From Sulfurimonadaceae bacterium (GTDB lineage Bacteria; Campylobacterota; Campylobacteria; Campylobacterales; Sulfurimonadaceae), in the NCBI GenBank assembly GCA_041571435.1, contig JBFFUI010000051.1, positions 1-11,417 on the forward strand: a DNA stretch of 11,417 bases, read 5' to 3'. Each line of letters begins with the position of its first letter. Position 1 is the stretch's first letter. The notes beneath the pieces are model-generated. The model saw only the letters and a list, made by a program, of their open reading frames with translations, did not search any database and had not been told where the DNA came from. This document shows, piece by piece, positions 7,781-11,417 of this stretch. Position numbers and translations under genes: made by a program.

Positions 7781-7801
7781 GCGGATTTGTTCTGCTTGCA
7801 G

Positions 7802-7831
7802 TTGACAGAAAGAGTAAAATGTCTTTAAAAT
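7802..7831 (+). promoter_or_regulatory. Candidate distal sigma70 promoter of the alpha operon
   Basis: TTGACA-18 nt-TAAAAT. Confidence 0.5.
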
Positions 7832-7886
7832 GAGATAAAAGCTAGACTAATATTTGTTTTTAATAAAGCTTTTAAGGATTTTTTTG

Positions 7887-7902
7887 TAATATACGCGTCC
7901 AC
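7887..7902 (+). promoter_or_regulatory. Candidate proximal promoter of the alpha operon with GC-rich discriminator
   Basis: TAATAT followed by ACGCGTCCAC, downstream of T-tracts. The predicted start site falls at the 5' end of the leader stem. Confidence 0.6.
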
Positions 7903-8008
7903 TTTGCCGTTTTAAACAAAATGGTTGAGTATTTGTACCTATATATAGTATATGTTAGATACAAGTATTGGCAGGGTGCAAAACCGCTACTGCCTGAAAC
8001 GGTAAAGT
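7901..8008 (+). ncRNA. Structured 5' leader RNA of the rpmJ-rpsM-rpsK-rpsD-rpoA-rplQ operon (candidate ribosomal protein leader)
   Basis: A 14-bp closing stem 7901-7914/7995-8008 encloses a long hairpin 7928-7969 and the stem GGCAG/CTGCC (7970-7974/7990-7994), which is capped by GGT-GCAAA-ACC with a GCTA bulge. Confidence 0.65.
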
Positions 8009-8029
8009 AAACAAAATAAAGGGCTTACA

Positions 8030-8143
8030 ATGAAAGTACGCGCTTCAGTAAAGAAGATGTGTGACGATTGTAAAATCGTTAAACGCAAAGGGATTGTCAG
8101 AGTGATCTGCAAGAACCCGAAACATAAACAGAGACAAGGATAA
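8030..8143 (+). CDS. rpmJ: 50S ribosomal protein L36 (zinc-binding C+ type)
   Basis: [37 protein letters not shown]; below the ORF track size cut-off. Confidence 0.98.
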   Translation: MKVRASVKKMCDDCKIVKRKGIVRVICKNPKHKQRQG

Positions 8144-8145
8144 GC

Positions 8146-8508
8146 ATGGCACGTATTGCTGGTGTGGACTTACCTAAGAAAAAACGTGTAGAGTATGGTC
8201 TAACATACATCTACGGTGTTGGTCTTTACGCTTCTCGTCAGATTCTTGACGCGACAGGTATCGACTATAATAAACGTGTTCATGAGCTTAACGAAGCTGA
8301 TGTAGCTGCTATTACTGCAGAGATCCGTGAAAACCACATGGTTGAAGGTGACCTTCGTAAGAAAGTTGCAATGGACATTAAAGCATTGATGGACCTAGGT
8401 TCTTACCGTGGTCTTCGTCACCGTCGTGGTCTTCCATGTCGTGGCCAAAAAACTAAGACAAACGCGCGTACTCGCAAGGGTAAACGTAAGACTGTCGGCG
8501 CAGCGTAA
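8146..8508 (+). CDS. rpsM: 30S ribosomal protein S13
   Basis: [10 protein letters not shown]...[27 protein letters not shown]. Confidence 0.99.
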   Translation: MARIAGVDLPKKKRVEYGLTYIYGVGLYASRQILDATGIDYNKRVHELNEADVAAITAEIRENHMVEGDLRKKVAMDIKALMDLGSYRGLRHRRGLPCRGQKTKTNARTRKGKRKTVGAA

Positions 8509-8519
8509 GGAATTAGAGT

Positions 8520-8912
8520 ATGGCAAAAAGAAAAGCAACTCGTAAAAAAGTAGTAAAAAAGAATATTGCACGCGGTATCGCACATATCGCTGCATCATTC
8601 AACAATACACTTGTAACGATTACGGATGAGATGGGTAACATGATCGCATGGAGCTCAGCAGGTAGTCTAGGTTTCAAAGGCTCTAAAAAATCTACACCGT
8701 TTGCAGCGCAAGCAGCAGTAGAAGATGCAGTAGCTAAAGCGCAAGTACATGGTATCAAAGAACTTGGTATCAAAGTACAAGGTCCTGGTTCAGGCCGTGA
8801 AACAGCAGTTAAAGCTGTAGGTGGAATCGAAGGTATCCGTGTTACATTTATGAAAGATGTTACACCACTACCACACAACGGTTGTCGCGCACCTAAGCGT
8901 CGTAGAGTTTAA
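8520..8912 (+). CDS. rpsK: 30S ribosomal protein S11
   Basis: [33 protein letters not shown] and [18 protein letters not shown] motifs. Confidence 0.99.
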   Translation: MAKRKATRKKVVKKNIARGIAHIAASFNNTLVTITDEMGNMIAWSSAGSLGFKGSKKSTPFAAQAAVEDAVAKAQVHGIKELGIKVQGPGSGRETAVKAVGGIEGIRVTFMKDVTPLPHNGCRAPKRRRV

Positions 8913-8923
8913 GGAGATTACTG

Positions 8924-9550
8924 ATGGCAAGATATAGAGGTCCAGTAGAAAAAATCGAAAGAAGATTCGGTGTAAGCCTTAACTTAAAAGGTGAGCGTCG
9001 TCTTGCAGGTAAATCTGCTCTAGAAAAACGTCCTTACGGTCCAGGTCAACATGGCCAACGTCGTAAGAAAGTTTCTGAGTACGGTCTACAACTTAATGAA
9101 AAGCAAAAAGCGAAGTTCAGGTACGGTGTTTCTGAGAAACAGATGCGTGCACTGTTTGCTGAAGCTAAACGTCGTTCAGGAAATACAGGTACTAACCTAG
9201 TACTTCTACTCGAGCAGCGTCTTGACAATGTTGTTTACAGAATGGGATTTGCATCGACTCGTCGTTTTGCACGCCAATTCGTAAACCACGGTCACGTACT
9301 TGTTGACGGCAAACGTGTAGATATCGCTTCTTACCGTGTTAAGCCGGGTCAAAAAGTAGAGATCCGTGAAAAAAGCAAGCAGAACAACCAAGTTGTGCGT
9401 GCTATCGAACTTACAGCTCAAACTGGAATCGCTCCATGGGTTGATATCGATGCTGAAAAAGTATTTGGTATCTTCACACGTCTTCCAGAGCGCGAAGAAG
9501 TCGTTATCCCAGTTGAAGAACGTTTAATCGTTGAGCTTTACTCGAAATAA
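8924..9550 (+). CDS. rpsD: 30S ribosomal protein S4
   Basis: [38 protein letters not shown] and IVELYSK motifs. Confidence 0.99.
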   Translation: MARYRGPVEKIERRFGVSLNLKGERRLAGKSALEKRPYGPGQHGQRRKKVSEYGLQLNEKQKAKFRYGVSEKQMRALFAEAKRRSGNTGTNLVLLLEQRLDNVVYRMGFASTRRFARQFVNHGHVLVDGKRVDIASYRVKPGQKVEIREKSKQNNQVVRAIELTAQTGIAPWVDIDAEKVFGIFTRLPEREEVVIPVEERLIVELYSK

Positions 9551-9570
9551 TTTATAAAAAGGCGTTGTGA

Positions 9571-10563
9571 ATGAAAAAAATCAAAACATCTCCGCTTCTT
9601 CCACAAGAGTTTGTGGTTGAGCAAATTAGCGAAAATGAAGCAAATATCATTGCATTCCCGTTTGAGACGGGTTATGCGGTGTCACTTGCACACCCATTAC
9701 GCCGCTTTTTGCTTAGCAGCTCTGTAGGGTACGCTCCAGTAGCAATTAAAATCGAAGGCGCTAAGCACGAGTTTGACTCTGTGCGCGGTATGCTTGAAGA
9801 TATCTCTGACTTTATTATCAACCTTAAAGGTATTCGCTTTAAACTTAAAGACGATGCCAAAGAGGCTGAGATCACATACAGCTTTGCTGGTCCATGTGAG
9901 ATCAAAGGTTCTGACCTTAACAATGATGAAGTTGAGATTGTTACTCCGGACGCGTTCCTTGCAACTCTTAACGATGATGCAACGCTGAATTTTACAATCA
10001 AAATTTTCCAGGGTATCGGTTATGTGCCTAGTGAAGACATTCGTGAAGAGCTGGATGAGGGTTACATCGCATTAGATGCTTTCTTCACTCCGGTTCGTAA
10101 AGCAACTTATGCTATCCAGAATGTTCTTGTCGAAGACAACCCGAACTTTGAAAAAGTTGTACTTAACATTGTGACTGATGGTCAAATCTCTCCATTAGAC
10201 GCATTCCGTAATGCGTTGGAAGTTATGCACGCTCAATTGAATGTGTTTAGCAGCGAGATCAGCATTCAAGCTCCGGCAACTATCGAGCGTGTCGAAGAGT
10301 CTCCAGAGCTGAAAAAATTGACTGCTCGTATTGATGATCTTGGTTTGAGTGCTCGTTCATTCAACTGTCTTGATCGTTCAAATATCAAATATATCGGCGA
10401 AATCGTATTGATGAGCCAAAACGATCTTAAGAACGTTAAAAACCTAGGTAAAAAATCTTATGAAGAGATCCTTGAGAAATTGGCTGAAACCGGTTTCTCT
10501 GTAGGTGAAAACTTGTCAGATGACCTTGTTAGCGCACTTAAGAAAAAAATCGAAGCTGAATAA
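9571..10563 (+). CDS. rpoA: DNA-directed RNA polymerase alpha subunit
   Basis: [28 protein letters not shown] and the alpha-[12 protein letters not shown]...VKNLGKKS. Confidence 0.99.
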   Translation: MKKIKTSPLLPQEFVVEQISENEANIIAFPFETGYAVSLAHPLRRFLLSSSVGYAPVAIKIEGAKHEFDSVRGMLEDISDFIINLKGIRFKLKDDAKEAEITYSFAGPCEIKGSDLNNDEVEIVTPDAFLATLNDDATLNFTIKIFQGIGYVPSEDIREELDEGYIALDAFFTPVRKATYAIQNVLVEDNPNFEKVVLNIVTDGQISPLDAFRNALEVMHAQLNVFSSEISIQAPATIERVEESPELKKLTARIDDLGLSARSFNCLDRSNIKYIGEIVLMSQNDLKNVKNLGKKSYEEILEKLAETGFSVGENLSDDLVSALKKKIEAE

Positions 10564-10572
10564 GGAAGTAAC

Positions 10573-10923
10573 ATGAGACACCGTCATGGATACCGCAAAC
10601 TAGGTCGTACTAGCTCACACCGTGCAGCTCTTCTTAAGAACCTTAGTATTGCGTTGATCGAAAACGAAAAAATCGAAACAACTGTTCCAAAAGCAAAAGA
10701 ACTACGTTCTTATGTTGAGAAACTAATCACAGCAGCTGCTAAAGGTGACTCTAATGCTCACCGTACAGTGTTTGCTGCACTACAAAGCAAAGAAGCGACT
10801 AATAAACTGGTTACTGAGATTGCTCCTAAATACGCAGATCGTAAAGGTGGATACACTCGTATCACGCGTACTCGTATTCGTCGCGGTGACGCAACGACTA
10901 TGGCCTTCATCGAATTAGTATAA
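10573..10923 (+). CDS. rplQ: 50S ribosomal protein L17
   Basis: [33 protein letters not shown] and RRGDA..MAFIELV motifs. Confidence 0.99.
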   Translation: MRHRHGYRKLGRTSSHRAALLKNLSIALIENEKIETTVPKAKELRSYVEKLITAAAKGDSNAHRTVFAALQSKEATNKLVTEIAPKYADRKGGYTRITRTRIRRGDATTMAFIELV

Positions 10924-10931
10924 TTCGATAC

Positions 10932-10960
10932 TGTCACGCTAAGGCGTGACACCCTTTCTT
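10932..10960 (+). terminator. Intrinsic terminator of the alpha operon
   Basis: Perfect hairpin TGTCACGC-TAAG-GCGTGACA (10932-10951) followed by a pyrimidine/T-rich tract, 8 nt after the rplQ stop. Confidence 0.75.
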
Positions 10961-11046
10961 CTACAACTTCTCTTTTACTTATTTACATCTATTCTCTTTA
11001 TTTAATACTGTAGTATTGTCTATATCGCTAATATGGGTATATATAA

Positions 11047-11075
11047 TTGACATAAATATACTTTGGCTTTACAAT
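11047..11075 (+). promoter_or_regulatory. Near-consensus sigma70 promoter (upstream of tandem pair)
   Basis: TTGACA-17 nt-TACAAT. Confidence 0.65.
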
Positions 11076-11321
11076 AGGATATTCCCAAGTTGAATTTGAA
11101 AAAATAGTTTTAAATCTTATTACAAATACAAGAAATGTTAAGGCATTCTATATGAACTATCTGACTTTTATGTATGGCCAGACATAATATTGAAACAGTT
11201 TTATAGCGAAGACCGCTTTTATGCTCTCCTGAATATCAGAACTGAAAACGTTGTAGTATGGTAGTGTTTGAGATGAATTTTTACAAATTTCAAGAAATTT
11301 GATAATTCGTGGAAAAAGCAC

Positions 11322-11360
11322 TTGACATAGAAGAATGATTTGTCTATAATTCCCGTCCAC
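11322..11360 (+). promoter_or_regulatory. Consensus sigma70 promoter with GC-rich discriminator, probably an rRNA (rrn) operon promoter
   Basis: TTGACA-17 nt-TATAAT-TCCCGTCCAC, with an A-tract just upstream and non-coding-looking sequence downstream. The rRNA gene itself is not in the window. Confidence 0.75.
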
Positions 11361-11417
11361 AAACGATGAGTCGCTTGAAAGAGAGACACAGAGACTACGT
11401 GTTGTAGCTCGGAATAG

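Noticed and set aside
7901-8008. Leader read as SRP RNA, c-di-GMP riboswitch, tRNA or a simple terminator
   Set aside because: It has no SRP GGAA domain-IV motif, no c-di-GMP-I GAAA/receptor layout, no T-loop or cloverleaf, and no U-tract after P1 on the + strand.
8030-10923. Codon/composition shift suggesting foreign DNA, and antisense ORFs in the ribosomal genes
   Set aside because: This is the typical high-expression codon bias of ribosomal protein genes (CGT, GGT, ACT, GTA), and the antisense ORFs are shadows.
11157-11360. Track ORF 67 aa on the - strand
   Set aside because: It runs through the consensus + strand promoter, has no SD or recognisable motif, and is probably spurious.
11361-11417. 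16S rRNA or tRNA gene at the right edge
   Set aside because: No 16S 5' signature (AGAGTTTGATC) or tRNA fold is present; at most this is leader sequence.

Overview
Bacterial chromosomal window that looks like Campylobacterota (Sulfurimonas/Sulfuricurvum-like, inferred from the protein sequences, gene order and promoter style). Left part: a class II aldolase-family gene running off the window edge (missing from the ORF track), divergent from a tight luxS - small acidic protein - degenerate methyltransferase-like - MnmD-type methyltransferase cluster. Middle: riboflavin synthase, a Sel1-repeat protein, small hypotheticals, a CopD-like membrane protein, a lipoprotein FKBP PPIase, ppnP and a CvfB-like S1 protein. 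Right part: a free-standing alpha operon (rpmJ, also missing from the track, then rpsM, rpsK, rpsD, rpoA, rplQ), a terminator and two near-perfect sigma70 promoters, the last looking like an rRNA operon promoter. The most interesting signal is a ~108-nt multi-stem RNA in the rpmJ leader. One of its arms resembles a circularly permuted 16S rRNA helix 18, which is part of the S4 binding site, so it is a candidate S4 autoregulatory leader. No mobile elements, CRISPR arrays or tRNAs were seen.
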